64,000 nucleotides of DNA from Parachlamydiaceae bacterium. Its GTDB lineage: Bacteria; Chlamydiota; Chlamydiia; Chlamydiales; Parachlamydiaceae. Of the stretch, positions 35,490 to 44,714 are shown piece after piece. The notes beneath the pieces were generated by a model, which ran no database searches, had not been told where the DNA came from, and saw only the letters and a program-made list of their open reading frames with translations. Position 1 is the stretch's first letter. The number at the start of each line of letters is the position of its first letter. The translations under genes were made by a program, and so were the position numbers. The DNA is taken from contig JBGAGC010000001.1 in the NCBI GenBank assembly GCA_044226925.1, positions 474,862 to 538,861 on the forward strand, written 5' to 3'.

Positions 35490-36551
35490 ATGTCATCCTC
35501 TTCTGTCATTTTACAATCAGATGGGTTAGCTGAATTACAGGTCTTCTTGCCTGAGTTGGCAAATTATAGCCAACTTGTTGTCCTTTCAGATCCTCAAGTA
35601 GGATCGCTTTATGGTCCTTCCCTTTTGACAGCTCTTAAACGATTCAAACGTCCCATCATTGAATTATCTATTCCCAAAGGAGAGCGCTCTAAAAATCTCA
35701 GGCAAGTAACACGCTGCTGGCAGCAGATGTTAGCTCATGGAGTGGACCGCCACGCAGCATTCATTGCATTAGGTGGAGGAGTCATCTGTGATTTAGCAGG
35801 ATTTATCGCAAATTGCTATATGCGAGGCCTTGATCTCTTTTATTTTCCAACTACTCTTTTAGCAATGGTTGATGCTGCAATAGGCGGGAAAACAGGTGTT
35901 AATTTTCAACACCTTAAGAATGCAATTGGTACTTTTTATCTGCCTCGCCGGATTCTAATAGATCCCATTTGTCTCAAAACTTTGCCCGATCGCGAATTTA
36001 ATTCTGGTTTAGCGGAAATTATCAAATATGGCATAATAAGTGACCCTTTATTATTTGAAAGATTAGAAAAAGGAATAGAAGAGCTTAAAAATCGACAAGG
36101 ATTCTTATTAGAAGAAGTCATTAACTGTTGTGTGGCCATTAAAAACGAGATTGTCGCTCAGGATGGGAGAGATTTGACTGGTCAACGAGCAATTCTTAAT
36201 TATGGACACACATTTGGCCATGCAATTGAAGCGTTAACTGATTATCGGAGTTATTTGCATGGAGAGGCGGTTTCGATGGGAATGAGTTGTGCTGCCAGCC
36301 TAAGTGTTAAATTAGGTTTATGTGATGATTCTCTAATAGAACGGCAAGATTGCTTATGTCGGCGTGCGAGTTTGCCTATACAGCTCCCTTTTTTACCAGT
36401 AGAGCGATTAATAACAGCAATGAGAAGCGATAAAAAGGCCGTTTGTGGTAAAATAAATTTAATTCTTCTAGAAAGAATTGGCAAAGTGGTGAAGGTCTGT
36501 GACGTTGACCCCATTCTGATTCGACACATATTGTTAGCCAAAATGGGATAA
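35490..36551 (+). CDS. aroB: 3-dehydroquinate synthase
   Basis: Motifs GGGVICDLAGF, DAAIGGKTGVN, GLAEIIKYG and NYGHTFGHAIE. Start placed at MSSSSVILQ (ATG 35490). The ORF-track extension from 35436 crosses an upstream inverted repeat. Confidence 0.85.
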   Translation: MSSSSVILQSDGLAELQVFLPELANYSQLVVLSDPQVGSLYGPSLLTALKRFKRPIIELSIPKGERSKNLRQVTRCWQQMLAHGVDRHAAFIALGGGVICDLAGFIANCYMRGLDLFYFPTTLLAMVDAAIGGKTGVNFQHLKNAIGTFYLPRRILIDPICLKTLPDREFNSGLAEIIKYGIISDPLLFERLEKGIEELKNRQGFLLEEVINCCVAIKNEIVAQDGRDLTGQRAILNYGHTFGHAIEALTDYRSYLHGEAVSMGMSCAASLSVKLGLCDDSLIERQDCLCRRASLPIQLPFLPVERLITAMRSDKKAVCGKINLILLERIGKVVKVCDVDPILIRHILLAKMG

Positions 36552-36742
36552 GAAGGTTTGCCTATCTATCGCGCTTTATCAAGTGTCAATAGATAAGTAG
36601 GGCGTTAGCATATTGAAGACACGCCCTAAAATACTGTAAGCTTCTGCTCGATGATGTCTTGTGTCCTCCCTCTAACTCTTAATATCGCGATTTCCACTCA
36701 ATATTAGATGCTTCCTCTCATAGGAAAGCAAAAGGAGCATTT

Positions 36743-37831
36743 TTGGAAGAGCTAGAAGCTTTACTCATTTTGAGCAGCCTGCCCCATATAGGCTCTGTAA
36801 AAATTCGCCTTTTGATGCAGCATTATGGTTCTGCAGTTGCCGCTTTGCAAGCGCCTTTAACAGAACTGGAAAACTTTCCTGGATTCGGGTCTAAAATTCT
36901 GCAAGCTTGGAAGAAAGGACTTGATGAAGAAAAATGGAAACAAAATTTGATTTTGGCCGAGCGCTTGCAAACACAGCTTATTCCATTTACAAGCCCTCAC
37001 TATCCCAAACGATTACTTGAAATTGCGGATTATCCTCTTGTTCTTTACGTTCAAGGAACTTTGCTTAAGGAAGACCACCGTTGCTTAGCTGTGATAGGAA
37101 CACGGCAATCTAGCATTTACGGGCAAGAAATGGCGAAGCAGCTGAGCCGTGATTTAGCCCAAGCTGGCTTTACAATTGTTAGCGGCTTAGCTCGAGGAAT
37201 TGATACAGCTGCTCATCAAGGAGCTCTAGAAAAGGGAAGGACAATTGGGGTTTTAGGCTCAGGCTTGGCTTGTCTTTATCCTAGCGAAAACATTGCTTTA
37301 GCAGGCGCTATTCAGCAGCAAGGAGCATTGATGAGTGAATTTGCGATGGCAACGCCACCTGATCGACAACATTTTCCACAACGCAACCGAATTGTCAGCG
37401 GAATGACCTTGGGGACCATCTTAATTGAAGCCCCGCAGCAAAGCGGCGCGATGTTGACAGTTGAAAGAGCTTTGAGCCAGGGACGTCCCGTTTTTGCTCT
37501 ACCTGGTAGAATAGACCAAGAGTGTTTTAAAGGAAACCATGCGCTTATTAAAGAGCGCAAAGCAGAACTCATTGAAAATGTGCATGATGTCTTAAAGCAT
37601 TTTAATGATTTTTCTTTACCCCTCGTCTTTAAACCTGCTAGACAGGCCCCAATTCCTTTGGAAAAAGAAGAAGAAGAGATTTTAAGACGAATGCCTCTTC
37701 AAGAGGTTTCAATTGAAGAACTTGTAACAAGTTTTCAATGGCCAGTTGCAAAATTGAATGGTTTGATGATGAGTTTAGTTTTAAAGAAATTGGTGAAAGA
37801 ATATCCTGGCAAAATTTATAAAAAAATTTAA
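36743..37831 (+). CDS. dprA: DNA-processing protein DprA/Smf
   Basis: 362 aa with a TTG start. Motifs VIGTRQSSIYG, GLARGIDTAAHQGAL and SGAMLTVERALSQGRPVFALPG. Confidence 0.85.
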   Translation: MEELEALLILSSLPHIGSVKIRLLMQHYGSAVAALQAPLTELENFPGFGSKILQAWKKGLDEEKWKQNLILAERLQTQLIPFTSPHYPKRLLEIADYPLVLYVQGTLLKEDHRCLAVIGTRQSSIYGQEMAKQLSRDLAQAGFTIVSGLARGIDTAAHQGALEKGRTIGVLGSGLACLYPSENIALAGAIQQQGALMSEFAMATPPDRQHFPQRNRIVSGMTLGTILIEAPQQSGAMLTVERALSQGRPVFALPGRIDQECFKGNHALIKERKAELIENVHDVLKHFNDFSLPLVFKPARQAPIPLEKEEEEILRRMPLQEVSIEELVTSFQWPVAKLNGLMMSLVLKKLVKEYPGKIYKKI

Positions 37832-37878
37832 TAGAAGGAGAGAATACTTTATTCTCTCATTGACGGAGTTAAGTTAAC

Positions 37879-40488
37879 ATGGGTAAAGCGCTAATTATTG
37901 TAGAATCACCCGCTAAAATTAAAACACTTAAGAAGTTTTTGGGCCCTAATTATATTTTAGAGTCTTCAATTGGTCATATTCGAGATTTGCCTGAAAAAGA
38001 ATTTGGGATTGATATTGAACATGATTTTGAACCGAAATATACGATTCTGCCCAATAAAGAAGAAGTGATTGATCGGCTGAAAAAAGCGGCTAAGCAGTGT
38101 GATGTCGTCTATTTATCCCCTGACCCTGATCGCGAAGGAGAGGCTATTGCTTGGCACATTACGCAAATCCTGCCTCCTCAAACACAGTATAAGCGCGTTG
38201 CATTCAATTCAATTACTAAAGATGCTGTTCTTAAAGCTTTAGAAAATCCTCGTTCTATTGATCTCGCTCTTGTCAATGCACAGCAAGCTCGCCGTCTGCT
38301 CGATCGAATTGTGGGATATAAAATTTCTCCTCTTCTCAATCGCCGCATTCAACGCGGAAAAGAAAATTCCTTATCAGCAGGGCGTGTTCAATCTGTTGCT
38401 CTTAAATTAGTTGTAGATCGTGAAAAAGAAATCCTAGCTTTCATTCCTGTCGAATATTGGAACCTGGGTGCCATTTTAAAAACTGGATCGGAAGAACGCG
38501 CTTTCCGAGCCGCTCTTTATTCAGTTGATGGTAAACGCTTTGAAAAAGAGCCCGTCGAAGGCAAAGATGTCACATTGATTAACAATAAAGAAACTGCCGA
38601 CACCATTTTAGCTCGTATGCGTCCTGGTCCTTTTGAAGTTCTTAAAATTGAGCGTAAGGAGAAAAAGCGCAATCCTGTTCCTCCTTTTATTACTTCTACA
38701 TTACAGCAAGAAGCGAGCCGGCATTACGGCTTTTCCTCTTCCCGCACCATGAGCATTGCTCAAGGTCTTTATGAAGGGATTGATTTGGGAACAGAAGGTC
38801 CAGAAGGTTTAATTACTTATATGAGAACTGACTCTGTTCGTATTGCCCCCGAAGCCATTACAGAAGCACGCCGCTATATTCAAGACATTTATGGGCCCGA
38901 ATATGTTCCCTCTGATGTAAAGCAATATTCTACGCAAAAAAGCGCACAAGATGCCCACGAAGCAATTCGTCCCACAAACCTCAATAATCCTCCTGAAAAA
39001 GTTAAGCCTTATTTAACGCGTGAACAATTTTTACTTTATCAACTCGTTTGGCGCCGCTTTTTAGCTTCGCAAATGGTTCCCGCTATTTATGATACTGTTT
39101 CAGCTGATTTGATGGGCGGCGAAGGCATTATCTTAAGAGCAACGGGCTCTATTATGAAATTTCCTGGCTTTTTGGCTGTTTACGAAGAAAAGCATGATGA
39201 TGAAGAAAAAGAAGATGAGAATCGCTTGCTACCAGACTTAAAAGAAGGACAATCGCTTCTTCTTCAAGAATTGACAGCTGAACAATCCTTTACAAGACCT
39301 CCGCCCCGCTATACGGAAGCTTCTTTGGTAAAAGAGTTAGAAAAATCAGGTATTGGACGTCCTTCGACTTATGCCACAATTATGAATAAGATTCAGAGTC
39401 GGGAATATACCATCAAAGAAAATGGTCGTTTAAAACCAACTGAACTTGGACAAGTGATTGCCCAAATGTTGGAAGATAATTTCCAACAAATCATGAACAT
39501 TGGTTTTACTGCTAAGATGGAAGATAACCTTGAGCTTGTGGCAGAAAATAATAAGGACTGGAAAGAATTAATTCGTGAATTTTGGGGTCAATTTAATCCA
39601 ACACTTGAGACAGCTCTTAAAGAAGCCTTTGTTCCCAAAATTATGACAGATATTGTTTGTCCTAAATGCGGAGAAGGCAAGCTTCAGAAAATCTGGTCGC
39701 GTTCTAAGTATTTTTATGGCTGCTCGCGCTATCCAGATTGTCATTATTCTGCTCCTATTGAGGAAGTTGCTTTTAACAAGGATGATTATGCATCCGATTT
39801 TAATTGGGAACAACCTTGTCCTATATGCAGCTCTGAAATGAAAGTGCGACATGGCCGCTATGGCGCGTTCTTAGGTTGCACTCGCTATCCTGAATGTAAG
39901 GGAATTGTCAATATTCCTAAGAAGGGAGAAACCGCTGTCGCGCAAGAAGATCTTCCATCTTGCCCCGCAATTGACTGTCCAGGACATATGGTCGCTCGCA
40001 AATCGCGATTTGGAAAACTCTTTTATTCTTGCTCAACTTTTCCAGAATGCGATGTGATTGTCAATCAACTTGATCAGTTAGAAAGCAAGTACCAAAATCA
40101 CCCTCGTACTCCTTATCAAAAAAAGGAGAAAAAGAGCAAGACAAAGGCCGCTGCAACAGCCAAGACAACCAAAGCAACAGGTAAAGCAACAAAAAAAACA
40201 AAGGCGAAAAAAGAAAAACCGGCAAAAGAAAGTAAGACAAAAACTCCTAGGACAATGCCAGCTTATCATTTATCGCCAGAATTAGCAGCAATTGTTGGAT
40301 CTACAGAGCTGCCACGTGGAGAAGTGACCAAAAAAGTTTGGGACTATATCAAAGCACACAATTTGCAAGATACTAGTAATAAACGTCTCATTCGTCCAGA
40401 CGATCTGCTTGGACGTGTGTTTGGATCAAATGAACCTGTTGATATGTTCAAAATGGCGGGCTTACTGAACGCTCATATCAAAAAGTAA
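37879..40488 (+). CDS. topA: DNA topoisomerase I fused to a C-terminal SWIB/MDM2 domain
   Basis: 869 aa. TOPRIM (LIIVESPAKIKT, DPDREGEAIAWH), the catalytic region GLITYMRTDS, three Cys4 zinc ribbons, a Lys-rich linker (KKEKKSKTKAAATAKTTKATGKATKKTKAKKEK), then the SWIB-like segment LSPELAAIVGSTELPRGEVTKKVWDYIKAHNLQD...DMFKMAGLL. Confidence 0.9.
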   Translation: MGKALIIVESPAKIKTLKKFLGPNYILESSIGHIRDLPEKEFGIDIEHDFEPKYTILPNKEEVIDRLKKAAKQCDVVYLSPDPDREGEAIAWHITQILPPQTQYKRVAFNSITKDAVLKALENPRSIDLALVNAQQARRLLDRIVGYKISPLLNRRIQRGKENSLSAGRVQSVALKLVVDREKEILAFIPVEYWNLGAILKTGSEERAFRAALYSVDGKRFEKEPVEGKDVTLINNKETADTILARMRPGPFEVLKIERKEKKRNPVPPFITSTLQQEASRHYGFSSSRTMSIAQGLYEGIDLGTEGPEGLITYMRTDSVRIAPEAITEARRYIQDIYGPEYVPSDVKQYSTQKSAQDAHEAIRPTNLNNPPEKVKPYLTREQFLLYQLVWRRFLASQMVPAIYDTVSADLMGGEGIILRATGSIMKFPGFLAVYEEKHDDEEKEDENRLLPDLKEGQSLLLQELTAEQSFTRPPPRYTEASLVKELEKSGIGRPSTYATIMNKIQSREYTIKENGRLKPTELGQVIAQMLEDNFQQIMNIGFTAKMEDNLELVAENNKDWKELIREFWGQFNPTLETALKEAFVPKIMTDIVCPKCGEGKLQKIWSRSKYFYGCSRYPDCHYSAPIEEVAFNKDDYASDFNWEQPCPICSSEMKVRHGRYGAFLGCTRYPECKGIVNIPKKGETAVAQEDLPSCPAIDCPGHMVARKSRFGKLFYSCSTFPECDVIVNQLDQLESKYQNHPRTPYQKKEKKSKTKAAATAKTTKATGKATKKTKAKKEKPAKESKTKTPRTMPAYHLSPELAAIVGSTELPRGEVTKKVWDYIKAHNLQDTSNKRLIRPDDLLGRVFGSNEPVDMFKMAGLLNAHIKK

Positions 40489-40503
40489 AGTCATATACAT
40501 GAT

Positions 40504-40527
40504 GTCCCTTGTCTTAAGGCAAGGGAC
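40504..40527 (+). terminator. stem-loop terminator after topA
   Basis: GTCCCTTG-tcttaagg-CAAGGGAC (8-bp stem), 16 nt after the topA stop, followed by a moderately T-rich tract. Confidence 0.6.
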
Positions 40528-41120
40528 GCCCAGTTTATTCTCAATTTATTCTCCGCATCCTATCTTCACAGGCTAGTCAGCATTTAACATTTACTTCAAT
40601 TTCTTCATCAGAGCCATCGATATAATAAACCTTATGAAGAAATTGATCGTGCTCGCCAAAATGATAAATAGACAGAGACTAAGTTTCTTTGTTCCAAAAA
40701 AATAAAGTTTGCCTGCTGTCATGCTTTGAAATAGAAAGATAAAAAGATAATGGAAACAACAATGTTATTTAAAAGTTCTCTATTCCAATAAGAAGAATTC
40801 TTGTTATGACTGATTTGAATTCTTTTTCTTGGTTGTTAAACGACAATATTTTCCAAATGAGGCATTGGATTTTTTATGATGGGATGAGATGAAATATTCA
40901 TTTTATTTCAAAATTTATTTGTTTTTAAAATTCAAATTCACATTAAAATGTAATTAATTTTTATTTTCTCAACATAACAATTTATTAATTTCGATTCCTG
41001 TTTGCAATTGATACAAGATAACGAGTATCAATCATTATTAAATTTTATATTTCTCAAAAAAACACGTATTTTCTTGGCTTTATTAAATAATACAATTGTT
41101 CTATAGATAATAGATCTTAA

Positions 41121-41200
41121 TATACCGAAGAAAACTGAAAAATTGGAATTTGGGCTTTGACGCTAGCCAAAATTTCAATTTTTGAATTCTCTTCGGTATA
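41121..41200. repeat. palindromic intergenic repeat element (family 2)
   Basis: TATACCGAAGAAAACTGAAAAATTGGAATTTGGGCTTTGACGCTAGCCAAAATTTCAATTTTTGAATTCTCTTCGGTATA. The termini TATACCGAAG/CTTCGGTATA are perfect inverted repeats. The central GGAATTTGGGCTT..TAGCCAAAA recurs at 16404-16424. Confidence 0.7.
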
Positions 41201-41232
41201 TGCATCTTTTAAAGATTTTCTAGGATTGAGCC

Positions 41233-42288
41233 ATGATGAAAAAGAAAGCTCTTGTGGCAGGCGCATTAGGGATTGTTGGACGCAATCTTATTCATTATTT
41301 AGATACGCTTGAAGATTGGGAATCAATAGGCATTTCCCGGCGAGCGCCTGATTTTTCAAGTCGGGCTGATTTTATTTCCCTAGATTTGTTAGATCGACAA
41401 AGTTGTGAAAAGCACGCTAATGCCTTTAGTGGTATTACTCATCTTCTATTTGCAGCCTATATTCCCACAGGTAGCCATGCAAGCGATGTTGAACCCAATC
41501 TTGCCATGTTAAAAAATCTTGTTGAAACTGTAGAAAGGAACTCTACCCAACTTCAGCGCGTGGTTTTAGTAGAAGGAATCAAATATTACGGTGCTCATTT
41601 GGGGCCATTTAAAACTCCTGCTAAAGAAAACGATCCTCGCCACATGCCTCCTGATTTTTATTACGATCAAGAAGATTTTTTACGTCATTGCAGCCAAAAC
41701 AAATCCTGGGGTTGGTCAGCCCTTAGACCTTCGAATATTTGCGGCTTTGCAGTCGGCAGCCCAATGAATTTATTAACTGCTATTGCCATTTATGCAAGCT
41801 TGTCAAAAGAACTAGACCTGCCTTTGCGTTTTCCCGGACAGCAAGCCTCTTATCATCAAATCAGCGAAGCAACAGATGCCCATTTGCTTGCGAAAGCTAT
41901 TGTTTGGGCAGCAACAGCCAAGCAATGCCAAGGAGAAGCTTTCAACGTTACGAATGGTGATTTCTTTCGATGGGAATCTCTTTGGCCAAAATTTGCCCGC
42001 TATTTTGAAATGGACTATGCTCCGCCTCAAAGCCTGCGGCTAACTGATGTCATGGCAAATAAAGGTTTGATTTGGGAACGTCTTGTTAAAAGACATGCCC
42101 TTAGACCTTACCGCTATGAGGAAATGGTTCAATGGGGATTTGCAGATGTCGTATTCAACTTAAACTATGATTTAATGTCCGATACTGGCAAAGCGCGCCG
42201 AGCAGGCTTTCAGGAATGTATAGATAGCGAAGAAATGTTTTTACGCTTATTTGATCAATTGAGAAAAGAAAGATTGATTCCTAAGTGA
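41233..42288 (+). CDS. PRISE-family SDR (progesterone 5-beta-reductase / iridoid synthase-like enone reductase)
   Basis: 351 aa. Block-by-block resemblance to plant VEP1/P5betaR as I recall it: GALGIVGRNL, WESIGISRR, THLLFAAY, GIKYYGAHLGPF, PPDFYYDQEDFL, WSALRPSNICGF, RFPGQQ...EATDAHLLAKAIVWAA, EAFNVTNGDFFRWESLWPKFARYF and WGFADVVF. Confidence 0.8.
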   Translation: MMKKKALVAGALGIVGRNLIHYLDTLEDWESIGISRRAPDFSSRADFISLDLLDRQSCEKHANAFSGITHLLFAAYIPTGSHASDVEPNLAMLKNLVETVERNSTQLQRVVLVEGIKYYGAHLGPFKTPAKENDPRHMPPDFYYDQEDFLRHCSQNKSWGWSALRPSNICGFAVGSPMNLLTAIAIYASLSKELDLPLRFPGQQASYHQISEATDAHLLAKAIVWAATAKQCQGEAFNVTNGDFFRWESLWPKFARYFEMDYAPPQSLRLTDVMANKGLIWERLVKRHALRPYRYEEMVQWGFADVVFNLNYDLMSDTGKARRAGFQECIDSEEMFLRLFDQLRKERLIPK

Positions 42289-42293
42289 AAAGA

Positions 42294-42366
42294 TGGAGCG
42301 TAACGGAGTCGAACCGTTGGCCTCAACAATGCCATTGTTGCGCTCTACCAACTGAGCTAACGCCCC
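42294..42366 (-). tRNA. tRNA-Ala (anticodon GGC)
   Basis: The reverse complement GGGGCGTTAGCTCAGTTGGTAGAGCGCAACAATGGCATTGTTGAGGCCAACGGTTCGACTCCGTTACGCTCCA folds as a cloverleaf. Acceptor stem has the G3:U70 Ala identity pair. D arm GCTC/GAGC. Anticodon stem CAACA/TGTTG with loop ATGGCAT (anticodon GGC). T arm AACGG-TTCGACT-CCGTT. CCA is not encoded. Confidence 0.93.
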
Positions 42367-42580
42367 AAAGAATGAGTTATTTATTTTAGTCAGCGTTTCT
42401 TTTTTAAGCAATCATAATAGTATCTGGCAATTAAAGACAAAAATGCCAAGATTTCAAACTTTTATTTTCTGCTAACATAAAAGCCATCATCTAGGCATTA
42501 GAGCCTGTTAAGTAATAGAAACTTCAATTCATATTTTTATTTTAAAATATAATTTTTTAGTTTAGTTTTTCTTTAAATTT

Positions 42581-43768
42581 ATGAATATGGAGTACAAGAT
42601 GCGTCATATACTTTCTTTTCTTTGCTTAATGATTTTTAGTACCTTTTTAGAAAGTGCTTCTGCCATTTCACCAAGTGGAGATCCTTGGCTTTTAACACCA
42701 GGACCTTTGACAACCTCTTTGACAGTGAAAGAAGCAATGCTTCATGATTATGGTTCTCGCGATCCAACTTTCATCAAATTCAATCAAGAAATTCTGCATG
42801 ACTTACTGGATATCGTTTCTGGACAAGAGACGCATGTTGTCGTTCCACTTCAAGGATCGGGAACATTTGTTGTGGAGGCAATGTTACGTACACTAGTTCC
42901 TCGTGAAGGCAAAGTGCTCTTATTAATAAATGGTGTTTATGGAAGACGCATGAGGGACATTTGTAAAGCCATTCCTAGATCTTTTGAAGTACTAGAATTT
43001 CCCGAAGATCAACCAATTGACGTCAATGTTGTTAAAGAAATTTTAGTTAAAGATGCTTCTTTGACCCATGTCGCAGCTATTTACTGTGAAACCACGACAG
43101 GGATTTTGAATCCTATCTCAAAAATTGCTGAAGTCGTCTCGCAAGCAGAACGTAAATTACTTATTGATGCAATGAGTGCTTTTGGAGCACTGCCTCTGGA
43201 TAGCCAAGAAATTGATTTTGATGCAGTTTGCGCTTCATCTAATAAGTGCTTGCAAGGAGTTCCTGGAGTAGGATTTTGTATAGCAAGAAAACAGTCTTTG
43301 GAAAAAGCAGAAGGAAATGCAGGTTCATTATCTCTAGATCTTTTTGCACAATGGAAAGAGATGACACGAAGCGGTCAATGGCGCTTTACTCCACCTACAC
43401 ATGTCCTTTTGGCTTTTCATCAAGCTTTAAAAGAATTTAAAGAAGAGGGAGGAGTCGCAGGGCGCGGCAAGCGATATGCAGATAATTGCCAAATATTACG
43501 CGCTGGCATGCTTTCATTAGGATTTGAACCTTTATTACCGGAAGAACTGCAAGCTCCTATTATTTTAACATTTCAAATGCCCAAAGATCCTGCTTTTAAT
43601 TTTTCTTCTTTCTATCAACAGTTAAAAGCTAGAGGTTTTATTATTTATCCAGGGAAATTAACACATATCGATACTTTTCGCATTGGATGCATCGGAGATC
43701 TAAGTTCAAAAGAAATAGAAGAGGCGTTGGAAGCAATTCGCGCTGTTCTTACAACAAGCAAGGAATAA
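42581..43768 (+). CDS. phnW: 2-aminoethylphosphonate:pyruvate aminotransferase with N-terminal signal peptide
   Basis: 395 aa. Core motifs LLTPGPLTTSLTVKEAMLHDYGSRD and the PLP-Lys motif SSNKCLQGVPGVGF match PhnW (class V aminotransferase). It is preceded by about 30 extra residues MNMEYKMRHILSFLCLMIFSTFLESASA|IS with n-h-c signal-peptide structure. Confidence 0.85.
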   Translation: MNMEYKMRHILSFLCLMIFSTFLESASAISPSGDPWLLTPGPLTTSLTVKEAMLHDYGSRDPTFIKFNQEILHDLLDIVSGQETHVVVPLQGSGTFVVEAMLRTLVPREGKVLLLINGVYGRRMRDICKAIPRSFEVLEFPEDQPIDVNVVKEILVKDASLTHVAAIYCETTTGILNPISKIAEVVSQAERKLLIDAMSAFGALPLDSQEIDFDAVCASSNKCLQGVPGVGFCIARKQSLEKAEGNAGSLSLDLFAQWKEMTRSGQWRFTPPTHVLLAFHQALKEFKEEGGVAGRGKRYADNCQILRAGMLSLGFEPLLPEELQAPIILTFQMPKDPAFNFSSFYQQLKARGFIIYPGKLTHIDTFRIGCIGDLSSKEIEEALEAIRAVLTTSKE

Positions 43769-43772
43769 AGAT

Positions 43773-44699
43773 ATGAAAAAGAAGATTTTAGCTTCTATTG
43801 TTTTGTGTTCTTTGATTTTGATGAATGTATTACAAGCAGAAGAAACATCTAAACGGATTAAACTCGTCATTCTAGACAATTCTGGCACATTAAATGATTG
43901 CGGAGTCTACGCACCAGTTATAGCTTTCGTTCAGCTATTTGAAAAGTACGGTCTGGAGATTACGATGGAAGAAGCTCGAATTCCAATGGGACTCTATAAA
44001 AAAGATCATATTCGAGCTATTTTGTCCATGGCACGTGTTAGCTCTCTTTTTCAGACACTTTATCAACGTACTTGGACTGAACAAGACGTGGAAAATATGT
44101 TTACAGATTTTATTCCCATTCAAATGAGCTGCTTGGAAGATTACGCTGATCTTATTCCTGGAACAGCAGAGACTTTAGCTTTCATTAAAGAAACGTATGG
44201 AGTTAAAATCGGTTTAACAACAGGTTTTGATCAAGAAATGAACGAACTTGTTTTGAGAAAAGCCAAAGAACAAGGATTTTTTCCTGATGCTTATACAAGC
44301 TCCAGCCAAGTTCCAAAAGGAAGACCTTACGGATATATGATCGAAGAAAATATGCGCCAAACAGGAATTACCGATCCGGAAGAAATTTTAAAAATCGGAG
44401 ATACTTATGGAGATATGCAGGAAGGAAAAGCGATGCAAGCTTTGTTAGGCTCTCCAACATGGACCTTGGGACTTACAACAACTGGAAATTACGTTGGCAA
44501 GCAATGGAAAGACATTATTGCTACACCTGGAGATTTTCTACAAAAAGAACAACAAAAAGCAGAAAAATTCCTTTATCAAGCTGGAGCAGACTATGTCGCT
44601 CCTAATCTCAATTCGCTTCCAGCCATTATTGAACTTATCAATGCTCGTTTAAAAGCAGGAGAGCATCCCCGTTCCCCTTCATTAGATTTCTTAAAATAG
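43773..44699 (+). CDS. phnX: phosphonoacetaldehyde hydrolase (phosphonatase, HAD family) with N-terminal signal peptide
   Basis: 308 aa. Motifs VILDNSGT (nucleophile Asp), FAP..F, EEARIPMGLYKKDHIRAIL (Schiff-base Lys region), GLTTGF and IGDTYGDMQEG resemble Bacillus PhnX as I recall it. The N-terminus MKKKILASIVLCSLILMNVLQA|EE is signal-peptide-like. The start lies 4 nt after the phnW stop and is preceded by AAGGA. Confidence 0.8.
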   Translation: MKKKILASIVLCSLILMNVLQAEETSKRIKLVILDNSGTLNDCGVYAPVIAFVQLFEKYGLEITMEEARIPMGLYKKDHIRAILSMARVSSLFQTLYQRTWTEQDVENMFTDFIPIQMSCLEDYADLIPGTAETLAFIKETYGVKIGLTTGFDQEMNELVLRKAKEQGFFPDAYTSSSQVPKGRPYGYMIEENMRQTGITDPEEILKIGDTYGDMQEGKAMQALLGSPTWTLGLTTTGNYVGKQWKDIIATPGDFLQKEQQKAEKFLYQAGADYVAPNLNSLPAIIELINARLKAGEHPRSPSLDFLK

Positions 44700-44714
44700 A
44701 ACAAAGGAGAATGT

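Noticed and set aside
35321-35533. 70-aa + strand ORF
   Set aside because: It reads straight through the rho-independent terminator hairpin and into the aroB start region in another frame. It is implausible as a gene.
40078-40269. 63-aa Cys/Phe-rich ORF on the minus strand
   Set aside because: It is the antisense reading of the AAA/AAG-rich Lys linker of TopA, a low-complexity artefact lying wholly inside a confidently called gene.
40528-42366. tRNA-Ala as an integration site for a classical genomic island
   Set aside because: I looked by eye for a direct repeat of the tRNA 3' end (..GGAGTCGAACCG..) in the flanking 2 kb and for an integrase gene, and found neither. Only the weaker statement (decayed AT-rich region next to the tRNA) is kept.
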